DNA from: Psammoneis japonica
Lineage: Eukaryota
Length of the DNA: 64,000 bases
NCBI GenBank assembly: GCA_008632985.1
Contig: QPGO01000122.1
Location: 62,001-126,000 of the forward strand
Direction: 5' to 3'
Part shown: one piece after another, positions 13,330 to 26,499 of the stretch
How the letters are laid out: every line of letters starts with the position of its first letter
Numbering within the stretch: position 1 is the stretch's first letter
The notes under the pieces: generated by a model
Told to the model about the DNA's origin: nothing
Seen by the model: only the letters and a program-made list of their open reading frames with translations
Databases searched by the model: none
Translations under genes and position numbers: made by a program

Positions 13330-15130
13330 AGATTCTCATGGGTGTGCGCTGATGACTTGGCTCGAGAGTAAATCCTGACGGTCTGTGTTCCAGCCTGGGC
13401 TCTCGGGCCTCTGCTACCGCAACTCTTTCCTCTCCGACACTTGCTCTACCCTTTCTTCCAAAGTGCCCAAGCTCCTTTCTTGCCTTCATGACAAGCAAAC
13501 GCAAATTCAGCTTTACAAACACTGCTTCGTTCCTTCTTCCGCTCACCTTCTTGGTGCTGACTTCTGCCACATTGGTGACCCTGACAACCTGCCTGATCCC
13601 TTCCTTTGGACTTCCTCCTTTCAAGACTTCCTCCTCACTGCTGTTCACTGCTTCCTTTGATGTGCCTTCACCCATGCTGATGCTCTTCCTCCTCACTCCC
13701 TTGCCACAACTGTTCACCGCTTCCTTCAATGCACTTCCACCCATGCCAATGCTCTTCCTCCTCACTCCCTTGCCATCACTTTTCTGCCTTCTTCTCTTTG
13801 CGGCATTGGCCTTCAGGATCCTGCTGTCACCACCATTCCATCCTTCCTCATCTCTCTGCTCCATTCCTTCTGCTTTGCCACATGTGAAGCACAGCTCCCA
13901 TCTGGTGACAGCCTTGATCTCCCACAATGCTTCTGTCTGTCCCTCTCCTCCTGGAACAACCCTTGCTCTCTCCTCTGCATCTGCACTCTCTTTTGTCACT
14001 TTGCTTCTTCCCCCCTTTCCTCCAATTTGCCTTTTTGTCCTCCAACTCTTCCTGTTTTGGTCAAGTCAGCAATGCTTCCTGATTTGGCACATTGACTTTG
14101 CCATGCTCATTTGATGTCCAACTTGCTCTCCCTTCCTTTTTATCTCCTCTCACCAGCCTCCCGCTTCACTCCCTTTTTTGGCATCTCACTGCCTCCCGCC
14201 TTGCCACCAAGGAGTGTGCACCATGGCTGTTCAATGCAAGCTTCATCTCCCAGTGCTTCCTTCTTCTCTTGTTGTTGCCACTCCCTGTCCATGTGGTCAC
14301 ACTGCTCTCTTGATGCCTTTGGGGATCATGCCTTCACCTGTGACAAGGCAGTCACAAGTCCAAGCTCTTTAATGGCATTCTTTGTGATGCCATCTCTGTT
14401 CTCATGTGCACACTCTTGGGCCCCATGCAAAACTTTGCCATTCTCCCAACAACACTCACCTCGAGCCTGCAAATCTTCTTCCACACCACCCCCTCCTTCA
14501 CCCAGCTGTTGTTGGCATTGCCATCCCACCTCCCACCTCTCTTTCTGCTCCCTCCCATCATTGAAACATTGCTGTCAATGTCACCATTCCCAAAGCTCCT
14601 CCTTGCCATCCTCTCCTGATCTGCCTGCACCCCTTCTTCTCTTGTTTTAACCAAGGCACACTGTGCAAGTTCAAGGTCAAAGTTTTCCGGCCCTTCCATG
14701 TCTTCTTCTGATGGCTCTCTTGCAATTCAATCCCTCAATGCCAATGTGGTCTTTCTTCTTCCTTTTGCTGTTGATCTTCTTGGTGGCTGACCTCACCTTC
14801 ATTTTCCATTGGCTCCTCTTTGGCATGTCTTTGCCTTCCTTCTGCTCTCAGCTCAAGCCTCCTGACCCAACTCTTCCACTTTGCAGCACTCTGACACTTC
14901 CTTCAATGCCTTCTCTTGTGCTCTCTCTTCACCCTTCACTCTCCTCTCCTCCACTGACTTTGCTTGGCACCAAATCACCTCTGTCCATTCTGGCAGTGCT
15001 CATCATTCTTCTTCTGCTTCTCAACAGGCTGTGCAAACCCTTGGATGCAACATTGTGCATCACTCCACCGCCCACACCCTTTGCTTCCTCTCTGCTCTCT
15101 GCTCTCTTTCTTTTCTGGCTCCTGTTTTAA
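13330..15130 (+). mobile_element. Decayed 3' part of a non-LTR retrotransposon with a restriction-like endonuclease (CRE/R2-type)
   Basis: Frameshifted CPCG..LDAFGDHAFTC zinc knuckle at ~14286-14342, then EPANLL..HPAV (cf. EP..RPAD) and IAVNVTI (cf. AxDVT) endonuclease-like remnants; TpA/CpG depleted. Confidence 0.6.
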
Positions 15131-15379
15131 AATGCCCCACACACTGCCTTGTGTGCCCTTTCTTTCCTCCCACCCTTGCAGCTCCTTTGACATGCCAACT
15201 TTTGCTGCTCACCTCAATGCACAAGCACCTTGTCCAATCTCTCACATGTCCAGGACATGCTGCCAAAACTGTCAGGCTCTGTGTGGGCCACGTTGTTGGA
15301 CCTTGATGTTGGTTGCTGTTCCACCTGATTGGATGATGTCAGTGAAAAGCTCTGCACACTCATTTTACCATTGGGAAGT

Positions 15380-17030
15380 GCAACATGCTGGCATTGCCCA
15401 TGGAGTTGTGCAATTCACCAGACACACCTCAGGAGAAAATGTCAACCTCATTTGAGGATCTGTCATTGATGCAAACATGATCATTTGACCTTCTCATTGT
15501 GTGACAAAAGAAGGCACCCACATGAAGACAGATCATCTTGAGAAACTTGACCAAGTCTCAATGCAAGGTGACAAAGTCTCATTTCTGTCGGGCCCAATTA
15601 AAGTGTTTTGGGGTGTGTGGTCAACCAGAAAGGAAATTGCCTGACACCTGCTAAAGTTGAAGCCATTGAGCACATTGCAAGAACTGCAAACAACAAGTCC
15701 ACACTCCACTCATTCACGGGTGTGGTTTTGGCACCCCTTGCAAGACTTGTGATCATGGCTGTCAAGTGGAATGGGGCACCTGTTGAAGATGAGGCATTTG
15801 AAACTGTCAGTCAAGCATTGTCTGAACATGTGTCTCATTGGCACATCCAGACTTCAACAAACCTTTTGAGATGCATGCCAGTGCCTCTCTGAACATCAGT
15901 TGGGAGCAGCAACATCCCAGAATGACAAACCCACCATTGCATTTTACAACAGAAAGCTCAACAGTGTGCAATTGAGCTGCAAATCAAGTGCAAGCATTGC
16001 CACAGGAGACAAAACATGCACAGGACACAGCATCATGGGAAGCTGCCAGAACAGGTGGCTGAGATGATCCCTTGGGGGAGACTCTGTGTGCAGACATGAC
16101 AGGGCCCTGCAAAATTCAAAAACATGGGCAGCAAAGAAAACTTGCAATTGTGGGCAGTTGCAATGATTGTCCCAGCAACTGGCCAGTTTGAGATCAAGGA
16201 AGCATCTGCAAAAAGTTTGCCAGTGGCCAGACCAGGTCATCCATGACTGTGGGACAAAATTCATGGCAGAGTTTAGCCAGATGACACAGAATAACTCAGG
16301 CATCTAGAAGAAGCCCACAAGAGCAAAAGAAACCCACAGGCAAATGCCACAGTGAGGCATGCACACCAGACACTTGCCAATGTGACGTGCTCATTTTCAG
16401 CACAAGACATGGAGCCAGACAAGGAGGACCCCCCCCCCCCCGGAGTGGCACTTTGTCAGCCACAGCTTTTGCTGTGCCTGCCATGGTGCATGAGACCATG
16501 AGGGCAAGCCCTGTGCAATTGGTCTTTGGACATCATGCATTTTGTCCATTGCCAATTGTGCCAGGTGGAAACACACAAGAGACAGAAAGCACAAGCTCAC
16601 CTGCTTGAACAACAAGCTGTGCCTGCCATGGTGCATGAGACCATGTGGGCAAGCCCTGTGCAATTAATTGGTCTTTGGTCATCATGCAATTTTGTCCATT
16701 GCCAATTGTGCCAGGTGGAAGCACACAAGAGACAGAAAGCACAAGCTCACCTGCTTGAACAACAAGTCTGAAAATGCAAAACAGATGGAGCATCAACATG
16801 CAGTTGGACAATTGGCGCTTGTCAAACAAGAGCAAAAGACAAAATGTGGCACTGGCTGTTGTGCAGGCCCAGCCAGAGTTGTCCACAGAAATGACAACAG
16901 CACCTTGTGTGCTCAGAACACAGAACAGTGCACTGGCAGACACACACAATCTGCTGCTGCAGATGGTGCCCTGTCACCAGTGGTGAACTCTGATGCTCAA
17001 AATGTCCCAAGTCATGGGGGAGTGTGCAGC
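15380..17030 (+). mobile_element. Decayed Ty3/Gypsy LTR retrotransposon pol remnant (RT-RNaseH-integrase)
   Basis: In RT-RH-IN order: GCVVNQKG..PAKVEAI..LHSFTGVV, LAPLARL..KWN..EAFETV, LAHPDFNKPFEMH, IAFYNRKLN, WPDQVIHDCGTKFMAEF, SGTLSATAFAV..ASPVQLVFG. Internal ~140-bp duplication around 16471-16765. Confidence 0.85.
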
Positions 17031-19500
17031 ACACATCTGCTGGCCAACATGATGAGACCATGCACACCACTGCCCTCTTGTGTGCAACAGCATGGTGCTG
17101 TTCAGGTGTGCCTGAGAAACATGATCTGAGGAGGATGTGGCTTTTGACTTGGGCAAATTCAGCAGATGAACATGAGAGCATCTCCAAGAACACAGCATCG
17201 CAGTGCATGTCTGCCTCCTGATGGCAGCACAGCATGCCACAATGACACCACTCACAATGAAAGATGTGTGATGGCCTGACTCACACAATCCATGGTGCAA
17301 ATGGTTGATGTGACGCAAAATCCAAACAAATGGAAATTTGGTGTGATTCCCCACATTTGTGTGACCCTGCTCTTTCTGGAGCAAACTGGCTCACAATTTT
17401 CACAGAAATGCTTTTGCAACACAGCTGCATTTTAGTGGCCTGTCAGGTGCATGGGGCACATGGCCAAAGTGTGTGCAAGTCTACAACCACTCAGTTCATT
17501 TTTGCTGTTGACAACACAATGTTCATCTGATGCACATGCTTGCACTGTCAACATCACAGTCTGTTTCTCATGGCAGGTGCAGGGAAGCTCAGGCTCAATG
17601 GGTTGGCTGTGTGCACCACCAGAAGATTGACTGTTTGGCTGTTGAGCTGCTCACTTTGAAAGACAAACATAAAAATTCTTGGCATTTCCTTGGTTGCAGC
17701 TGAGCACATGTTGGCACAAAATGGAACATGTCAAAAATCACCCCTGCCACTCTCCAACTTGCAAACTTGCATGTGAGCACAATGAAACTGTGTGAACTTG
17801 CGGAGCTGATTTTTCTCATCAACATCTTCAAGGAGACACTTTAATTGGACAAATCATTGTTGCTGGGTGACAAAAAGAGACTGTTTGAACACAAAAATTC
17901 AAAAAAGACAAACAGGGGCCAATCCTTTGAACCCAATTATTTCCAAGTGAGCCAGCCATTTTGTTTTGCACACATGGCATGCATGGCTGAGATGGCCACA
18001 CAGCTGGCCAGCTCTGGCCCATCAAACCAGTCTTTGTTGCTGGTCTTGCATTGCAGCACTCATCATTTCTTTAAAAGCCCTGAACACAATGCTTTTTCAG
18101 CCAACACCACAGCCAGGCCTGTGCACTGCTGTTCCACTCTCTTCAGGACTCCACCTGGCACAAAGGCCAGAGCTGTCAAGTGCAGCACCAAAGCTGGAGT
18201 GTGGATGTCAGTGTGTCCATTGATGCTAATTGGCACAGAACTCTCATGCCAACTGCTCTGAGGTGTGCTCTGTTTGCAGTGTGGCAATGCTCCACCAGAC
18301 CTCCCCAAGTGTTGTGATGAATGTGGATGTGAATTTGCCACTGGCCATCAGCAGTCTAGTCATCTCACGACACCCATGATGAAGTGCACAACAACTGGTG
18401 AGCAGCCTGGTTGGAGAGGCTTGCAGGCCTTCCTGCACACGTGACAAAACTCTTGTTGACCCTGCTGATTGCATCTTGGGAAGCCAAAGCAAAATTCCAA
18501 CACCAGTCCGTCAAGCAAAATGCAAACTCCAACATGTCCAAGGATGGTGATCGCAGAGACATTCAGGCCCACAGATTCTGGGGCAGAAGGACAGAGATGC
18601 TGTTGTGGGCATTTGTGCTCCAGACATGGATGCAAGGTCATGCCTGTCCAAGACACTGGAACAAGTTCCAGGTGCAGACCACAAACAAGTGAGCATCTCA
18701 TGCCCTGCCTGGAGCAATGCAGCCATTTCGCTGCTTTCATGGTGTTGTGCAAGCTGCTTGGCAAAGAGGCCAAAAGCAGCACCTGGCACAATTTCTTCAA
18801 GGCTGGCTGATGAATGGCAAAAGCCACATCATTTGGAGGCACACAGAGCTGTGCTGCATCAATGCAAGAACAACACGCATCACAGTGGCAAGGGTGACCC
18901 ATTGCAGACACCAATCAATCTCACTTGAGCTGGGTTCCACACATCAAGACAGAATGTTGACCTCACCCCATCCTCAGACACTGTTGATAAGAAGCTCCCA
19001 AGACAACCAAAACCCTGCCAATGCAATGGTCATGGGCACGGCACCAGCATCCATTTGAATGTCACGAGCACAACATCAAAAAATGCACATGACAACCACC
19101 CCTGTGGATTGACATTTATCTCCCAATGAATGGTTTGAAAGTTATGAACGAACCGTTTTTTCCCAACAAGGCTGGCGTGTGACTGTCATGCAAGTGTCAA
19201 ACAATGCAAGATGAAATTTGTGTTTGTTTCTGTTCACAGCATTCAAGATTGGAGGATGCTTTTTGCTTGTGCAAATGCATGCATGAAAACCATGTTAACA
19301 TTGCAAACTCAAGTGCGTGGGTGTCATGACTGTGCAGTGATCTCGCTGCTGTGTGCAGACGCTCACAGTGTCCACACTTTTGATCGTGTTGGATGCATGA
19401 CAGCAATGTTGCAGCACAGCAGCCAAAGCACTTGTTCTTTTGCACAAAATGGATGGTCATCCAAACAAGAAGCAGAAAACAGATCCTCATTGTGGCTCTG
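17030..19500. other. TpA/CpG-depleted degenerate block, unclassified
   Basis: Composition only; no motif confidently recognised. Confidence 0.45.
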
Positions 19501-19637
19501 TTGAGGATGACTGAAGCACAACTCCAACTCTCATGGAGATTTGCAAGGGGCGAGATGACATTGCTGAATCTGGTGCACGCAGTCCATTTGCCGGGCAGCA
19601 GAAGTCAATGATTCAGCAAATTGTGAATGCTTCACTG

Positions 19638-19768
19638 GAGAAGCAGAAAAAGGAGAATGAAGCTGAGTGTGAGAAGCAGAAAAGGGGAATGAAGTTCAGT
19701 GTGAGAATCAGAAAAAGGAGAATGAAGCTGAGCATGAGAAACAGAAAAAGGAGAACAAAGCTGAGCTT
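19638..19768 (+). repeat. Four ~33-bp tandem repeats (GAGAAGCAGAAAAAGGAGAATGAAGCTGAG-NNN) inside a decayed coiled-coil gene (~19500-20575)
   Basis: Units start at 19638, 19671, 19703 and 19736 and encode EKQKKENEAE-x; one unit has a 1-nt deletion. Confidence 0.8.
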
Positions 19769-20759
19769 GAGAAGATGAAAAAGGATCAAGAGGAAATCAA
19801 AGCTGAGCTTCAGAAGCAGGAGGGTGCCACAAAGCTGAAAGCTGAGCTTTGGAAGCAGGTGAAGAAAATGAAGCAACAAACAGTTCTCACAAGTGGTGCC
19901 TTCAAACCGGCAAAGAGACATGCGTTGCTTGAAAGTGCGGTGCATCAGTTCATGGTGTTTCCTGAAAGACATGGAGAATTGTTTGTCAAAACCGTCTGCC
20001 ACAATGCAGCTCGCATTGTCAGTCGTTAGTCAGAGATCCTGGTGACGGGCAAAAGAGGAAAGAAGATCAAGTGGAATTTGCCAAAGCCTCATGGTTTCAC
20101 ATCAGAAGAAAAGAGTTGTTCACTGTTGTGTGCTCTTGGCAGACTTGTTGTGCATGTTGAAAATGTGGAGGCAGATGAGCTCAAAAACTGGACTTCTTCT
20201 CACCGCAACAAAGTCACACATGACGGAAGCTTGCCAGACTCTCTTTACCCCCATTTGCCAGATCTCGACATTGGGGAGATGGAACATGATCATGATCTGG
20301 TGACAGCACAGGTTAAGATGGCCAGGGAGAATTTCAAAACTGGACAGCAGGGCACAAGTGCACACCGACACGTGACTTTGGAAGAGGCATTGGAAGTGGT
20401 GGTGGAAGCTCTTGCCCACAAGGGTTTTGAAATCAGTGAGGAAATGAAGGCACAAGCATTTGCGGCTCTGGCTGATGTTTGCCCAAAAGTGGTTTGGGGG
20501 TGCAGAATCATTGATTTTCCACACCGATTTCATGACAAATGGAAAGGTTCAACAACATCAGACCAAAAGATCTGAATCTGCTGTGCTTGTGCTTGTCCCA
20601 CGCTGCGCTTGCAATGCCCCAGCTTGTTTTGCACCTCGCCAGTGCTGAAACACTTTCACTGCCCAAGACCTTGCCTCGGATTTTGGACTTGCAGATGTCT
20701 GCAATGCAACCTGTGTCTTGTGGAATCAGTTCATTGTTCATTCTTTTCATCCACTTTTA

Positions 20760-23700
20760 GCATGAAGCTTGAACACGTGTGCCTTGGCTCATTGCTTGCT
20801 TGAAATCCCAGTGCACTTTTGTGGTTGGTTTGGCAAACAATGATGTGAGTCAAAACATCAACTTTGGCCAATTCCAGAGCCCAGTCACCAATGAGCAGGT
20901 GGGTTCCTGTGCCACACATGAATGGTCAATCTGTGACAGGTGCTCCAGCAACATGTTCATAATTTTCCAAGAGCTCTTTGTGGCAGAACTGCCAAATTCT
21001 GGTCAAAGCCTCTGTTTTGGCCTTTCTCCCTCCCACGAGCTGCAATTTCTTGTGCCAGGTGCCACAAAGCAGGGCTCAACCAACAACAGCTGGCTTGCTT
21101 GCTTGTTCTGGCACAAGCTCAGCCTGCAGCTCAAAATGACAATGTTCCCCTCTGCCCTCCTTGTTGAATCAAACCAATCAAATTGTGCTGCAATGAGGTG
21201 GGTGGTGGCCAACCAGTGAGGAAGCACCAGGTGTGCAAAAAATCTGTTGCAGCACCTGCACCCCAAGTGCAGCATCCATCAGCAATGCAGGGAGAGGAGG
21301 ATGCCACCACACCCCCTTTTGGGCATTGACAAACAAACCCCAAGAAAGAGGAGCCCCAAACCAATTTCTGTTGTGTTGTTGCACCACAAACAGGAGCAGA
21401 AAGAGTGCACAGCATGCCGACAGCACCAGTGCATCACAAGGTCACCTTGTGACCACTGACACAAACAAAGGAAAGAGGAGAGGGGCTCACTTACCCCACA
21501 ACCAAAAAGGAGGTGCAGTGCTGTCATCCTTGGCAGCTTTTTTGCAGGGATCAACAAAAGGTCAATCCACAAATGCAGGAGGCACTGTTGCATTTGTGGG
21601 AAGCAAGCAACCACTGAAGCAATGCCCCACTCACTTAAGTCCAGCAGTTGGGAGCCTTTTGTGCTGGGTTGGGCCATCTTGACCTCATTGACAAATGTGT
21701 TGAGAGGGTTCACAAGGATGTTTAGAGGGGTTGGAGGCACCCATGGCAACAGTTGCAGAGCCCAACACCTTCTCAGACTGGAAGTGCAATGAGGCACCCC
21801 ACTTGGGGTGCTGGCCCACTTGCAGTTGATGATGGTGTGGCCAGCGGAACACTGAAGGCAGTCACAAAGGGAGGACACACAAAGCCTTGTTGGAGCTGGA
21901 TGCCCTGGGGGACAGAGGTGCTGGTCATGGAGCAACAGGCCAGATGGCCGATGACCCAGGCCTTGCAAACTTCACTGCAATGCTGACCAAACTGGTGCAA
22001 ACACTGCAAGAGTGGGGCATGGACTCCAAGAAGAGAGAGGGTCCTGACACCAGGAGGAGGTTGGAAGAGCTTGTGGTGGTGGCATGCAGAGCAGCAAACC
22101 AAGAAATCAATCTGATTGCAGGGCCCGCTGCATCTGGAAAAACTGGGCATTGCATTGGCCAATCCAAGAACAGCACTCTGTTTCATCAAGGTGCAAGGAG
22201 ACACTTGTTCATTCTGCCACATGTGAAGACAGCAACCAAACAGGGCAGCCAGAGCACACAAGCAAGCACCTTCTGCAAAATGCAAAAGGCTTGCAGCCTT
22301 GAAAGGCATGTCTTGCATTGGCATGCTGCCCAAGCAAGGGCAGCTTGTGAGCTGGTTCTGCAGCCACCTGTTCATTGTCTTTGCAGTGTCTCAGGCACTT
22401 TGTGATTTCCTTTGGCTTGTTCTGTGATCTCAGAGTGAGCATTGTCAACGTGCATGCTCTTGTGGGCAGACTTGGCTTCAGAGCTGGCATTTTTTGCCTC
22501 TTTGGCAAGTGCAGTGACAGCAGCCTGGGGTTGGGTGATGACCTCAAATTCAAAATGTTTGCAGCAAAAAACACCGCCCACACAGGATCTGACTTCATCA
22601 GGATTGGCACCTTTGGCAAGTGCCAAACCACCTTCAAATGAGCCTTGCCAAGGTTCTCAAGTGTTTGACAACCAACCAAGTGCAGTGGTTGAAGGAAACC
22701 AAGCTTGCTGCTTGCTTCTTCAAGAATTTGCTCAATTTCATCAATGACTTGCACCTGTTCAACTTTGTCAAAGACATGTGCATCTCATTGATCTTCTGTG
22801 TGAACACTCAGTGCACAAAAGAGTTGCAGGTTTGCTGGGGAGAGTGTCTTGGACAACTTCTCTCTCAGGTGCACCGTCCAGGATGCGTGGTTGATGTCAT
22901 CCAACACACTCAAATCAACAGTTGCCAACCAGTTGAGAACACATTGTTTGGCCCCCATTTTCCTGGATGACCAAAACTCTTGCATGTGAAGAGCTTGTTC
23001 AACAAGAACAAGGAGGGGTGGAGTCCAGAAGACCAAACCCCTCTTTTGCTGTTCCTGAGCAAAGGGTCATTGGCCGGCTGTGCTGGAAAGCAACTGGTGC
23101 TCATGCGTCCTCCCTGGTCTTGATGTTGAGAGCAAGCCATTTGATGACAGATGTGCCAGATGACAGGTGGTGTTGAGGCATGGGCTCAACCAAAAGTGCA
23201 ATTGAGAGCAGCAAACTTGCAACTGCAAAACATCCACAAGTGTGCCACAAACAAAATGATGCACCATCACCAGCGCAAAGGTGGAAAATGCTGCACCCAA
23301 GAAGAACTTGATGGCCAACTCACCCAACTTGGACTTCAGCTCAGTGAGGTTGCATTCCAGCTTTGCATTTTTCCCACAATTGGCTGAGAATGCCTGCTTC
23401 AACTGATGGAGCAAACCCACAACTTTTTCTGATGCAGGAACCTTGTTCGCCAGTTGGGTGCACACATTTGGCACTCCCAGCTGCAAATGTGCCCAGGTCC
23501 ACTGACCCAACCCAGGAAGAGAGTTGGTCCAGTGCACCACAAAACTGGGGCCAGATTGAAGCAGACGTGCATCAGAGCAATGTGTCTAAGTGCATGCACA
23601 AGTCATCCTCACAATTTGGAGTGCCTCTTGGCAAACAAGCCCACCCAGCCACACAGATGTGGTCACTTGGATTGATGCCACAAAATTTGCCACAGTGCCC

Positions 23701-23880
23701 CAGACAGTCAGGGCCTCAATGGAATTGTCAAATGACAGGGGAGGAGTTCCCAGCATTGCATCCAACTGGCCCAGCTTGAGACTGAGGGTTTGAAGAACCC
23801 CATGTCATCCAATGTCTTGGGCTGGCGACTCACCTCGCTGCTGCCAAGCTTGATCACAGCCAACCCAAGCAACATTCACC
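20760..23880 (-). mobile_element. Possible heavily decayed non-LTR retrotransposon RT region
   Basis: Minus-strand remnants QLGVPNVC, SVLDDI (YxDD-like) and ASSKLGF occur in RT order; the match is weak and the block is TpA-free. Confidence 0.3.
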
Positions 23881-24177
23881 AAACCTAATTCTATTTCCAG
23901 TTTCCATGTGCACCATGACTGCTGGGCACTTGTTTGCCACAGCAAATCAAATTGGAATGTGGAAGCTGTTAAGCCCTTTTCAGGGGGGGTGAAGTGTGCG
24001 CCGCGCCGAAGCGCAACGACGCGTCGTCACAACGGTTTCAAACGCGCGATGCCACGCAGCCTGCTGACGTTCGTCGTGGCGGCGTTGAAATAAGAAAATG
24101 TGGAAAGTTGAAAACAATGTTGCTCCACCTGTGCTCCACAACATAAAATTTGATTTACTTCAAGACTACACACTATC

Positions 24178-24648
24178 ATGCCTCTTGCTCAGGAAGAGTA
24201 TGCCGACAAGGAAGATTCGGAACTGCTGCGTCGAATCAAATCTAGCGACTGGAAAAACGTAAAGTCCGTAGTCGAAACCAAAGACGGAGAAGCCATGATA
24301 CGAGAGCCCGACGTCTATGGGAACCTTCCGCTCCATGCCGCCATAGGATACAAGGCTCCGGATGAAATTATACTCGAACTATTAAAACTATATCCAGAAG
24401 CAACGCGTGCTCATGGAACCGATTATTGGTTGCCACTCCATGTTGCAGCCATGTGGGGCTCGTCTGCCGTGGTTATGGAGGCAATCATTCGGTGCTATCC
24501 GGAAGCGTTGGACGATGCTGGTGAACCGGGTATCAAGGGACGAACTCCACGGCATTTCAAGGCGAGATTCAAACACAATACTGAATTGTTGGAGAGAAGT
24601 ACAGAAGAATGGCAACGAATCATTGAAAAGGATGAGGACGAGTCGTAG
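24178..24648 (+). CDS. Small ankyrin-repeat protein (156 aa)
   Basis: GNLPLHAAI, YWLPLHVAA and GRTP ankyrin motifs; normal dinucleotide composition. Confidence 0.9.
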   Translation: MPLAQEEYADKEDSELLRRIKSSDWKNVKSVVETKDGEAMIREPDVYGNLPLHAAIGYKAPDEIILELLKLYPEATRAHGTDYWLPLHVAAMWGSSAVVMEAIIRCYPEALDDAGEPGIKGRTPRHFKARFKHNTELLERSTEEWQRIIEKDEDES

Positions 24649-24892
24649 TGTACGAGAGATATTATAAATAGCTTGTGCTCTGTGAGTTTTAAAGCGTCCT
24701 AATGAGCACCCGCTGTTGGCCGTTCATTTCAGTCTGTAAAGGATCGATGCAATATAAAGTAAAAGATTCAACAAGTACCAGAAGAGAGCCCCATGAGCGA
24801 TTCCTTCTCTAATAATGAAACTCGAGCAAAAGACAATGCTCGTCAACAAAATGCAGTACGTAGCATACCCAAGAACAAGGTCGACCCTAGCA

Positions 24893-26071
24893 TCATGGTT
24901 TCGCTCTCTTGTTTCGAAAGCGTTCCGCCACTTGTTCAAGTAGCATGACATCAAAGACCGATGCCGCAGAAGCCGCGACACAGACGGCAGACCCCGCCGC
25001 ACACAACATTTTCTGAATCATCGCACCCTTGAGGAGCGTCTTGGAAAAGTACCGCTTGCCTTGATTGAGCTTTTTCGTAACTCCGTCTCCAACAGCCTTG
25101 AGGCCCCATCCCGCCACGAGTCCATAGGCGGGCGCTCTCTTGTCGAGCGTGACACTCACACCCAAGGCGGCGGCGGTCGTGGCCGACAAGTGGCCCACGG
25201 CAATCACGGTCGAGTCCCACGCTTGGCGATGACTTGTGCGTTTGGTTGACTTTTTCTTGGCTACAGGCAACAACTGATTGGTAAACGCATCGGCCGTGAC
25301 CACACGGGATTGTCCATCGTGAATACAGGCTCCTGCAGAGTCGTCATCTTGCAAGACGAGCTGTCCGTCACGCGTCAAAGTACCCCGTAGCGTCCAGGAC
25401 TTGTCTCTGCCTTGTTGAGGTCCAAAATCCATGTGAATACGATTCTTCTCCTCTTGATATTGGAATACACCATAGTAGTCGTAGGTAACATTTTGTGCTT
25501 TTGCCACGGACGATTTCTTTGCAGACTCGTCTATTTCTGGGAGAGTCGAGACGACTTTTCTCAGAGCAACATCTCCAGTCAATCCAAATGTAAAGTGATT
25601 TCGAGTCGTCGTAGCTCCATCGCTTGTAGATGGACACGACAATCCCAAGAAGTAATCGTGACTGTAGTTAGACCAATCCAAACTGACAGCCAAGCATGTC
25701 ACTGATTCCCTAGTCGAAAACGACACAACAACTCCATCACGGCGTTCCAAACTATGAGCTCGAAAGGGTCCCATGAGCGTCGAAAACCCACTTAGAACTC
25801 CATGATTGTACGAGTAGTGTCCACAAGGCATATTATCGTCATTATTATTGCTCTCTTCATTTTGATTCATACAATAAATTTCGTTTATAGATCGGAAACC
25901 AATGGCTCCAATACGTTCTCCGTGTATATTTTCACATTGAAACGCGTATCCATCCAGACTGTTGGCTTCATTACTTGGATGCAACGAAGAAGTGGATCCA
26001 TAGACCAATACCACATGAGCAATCAACAGCAAGAGACGACTCGCAGCCGCCGCTGCACGTTTCATCGTCAT
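24893..26071 (-). CDS. Hypothetical secreted/membrane protein (392 aa)
   Basis: Long ATG-initiated ORF of normal composition; N-terminal signal peptide (LLLLIAHVVLVYG); hydrophobic C-terminal segments. Confidence 0.75.
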   Translation of the reverse strand: MTMKRAAAAASRLLLLIAHVVLVYGSTSSLHPSNEANSLDGYAFQCENIHGERIGAIGFRSINEIYCMNQNEESNNNDDNMPCGHYSYNHGVLSGFSTLMGPFRAHSLERRDGVVVSFSTRESVTCLAVSLDWSNYSHDYFLGLSCPSTSDGATTTRNHFTFGLTGDVALRKVVSTLPEIDESAKKSSVAKAQNVTYDYYGVFQYQEEKNRIHMDFGPQQGRDKSWTLRGTLTRDGQLVLQDDDSAGACIHDGQSRVVTADAFTNQLLPVAKKKSTKRTSHRQAWDSTVIAVGHLSATTAAALGVSVTLDKRAPAYGLVAGWGLKAVGDGVTKKLNQGKRYFSKTLLKGAMIQKMLCAAGSAVCVAASAASVFDVMLLEQVAERFRNKRAKP

Positions 26072-26499
26072 GGTGCTGACAGAAATACTGTTCTGTGGCA
26101 GTCGGTTGGAAAAAAATGATGTCAGGCATGGTATGTCCTTTCGGTAGAATTCTTCGTATGTATGACGTGGTACAGGAATCGTGTATGATGGATTGGCGGG
26201 CTAATGTAACCCGGCATCTGTGATGCAAGCAAGACGGGCACCTCCGCATCCGCCGCGCGCGCCGCTGCGCAACATCGTCCAGCCATCATCTCTCCTCCCA
26301 AACCCTTCGATTTCTCTCTACTGGTGCCCTTCGCACTGATGCTTCCCCAATCCTCTCGCTGCCTCTCCTTCCTTTGCTGACTGGGCTCTTCAACTCATTT
26401 GAAAAATCTTGGAGATCTGCAAAACTTGTGTTTGTGACAAAAATGGCAAACAATGTCCGCAGACTTTGACCTGCAAGCAAGCTCTCTCTGTGGGAGATC

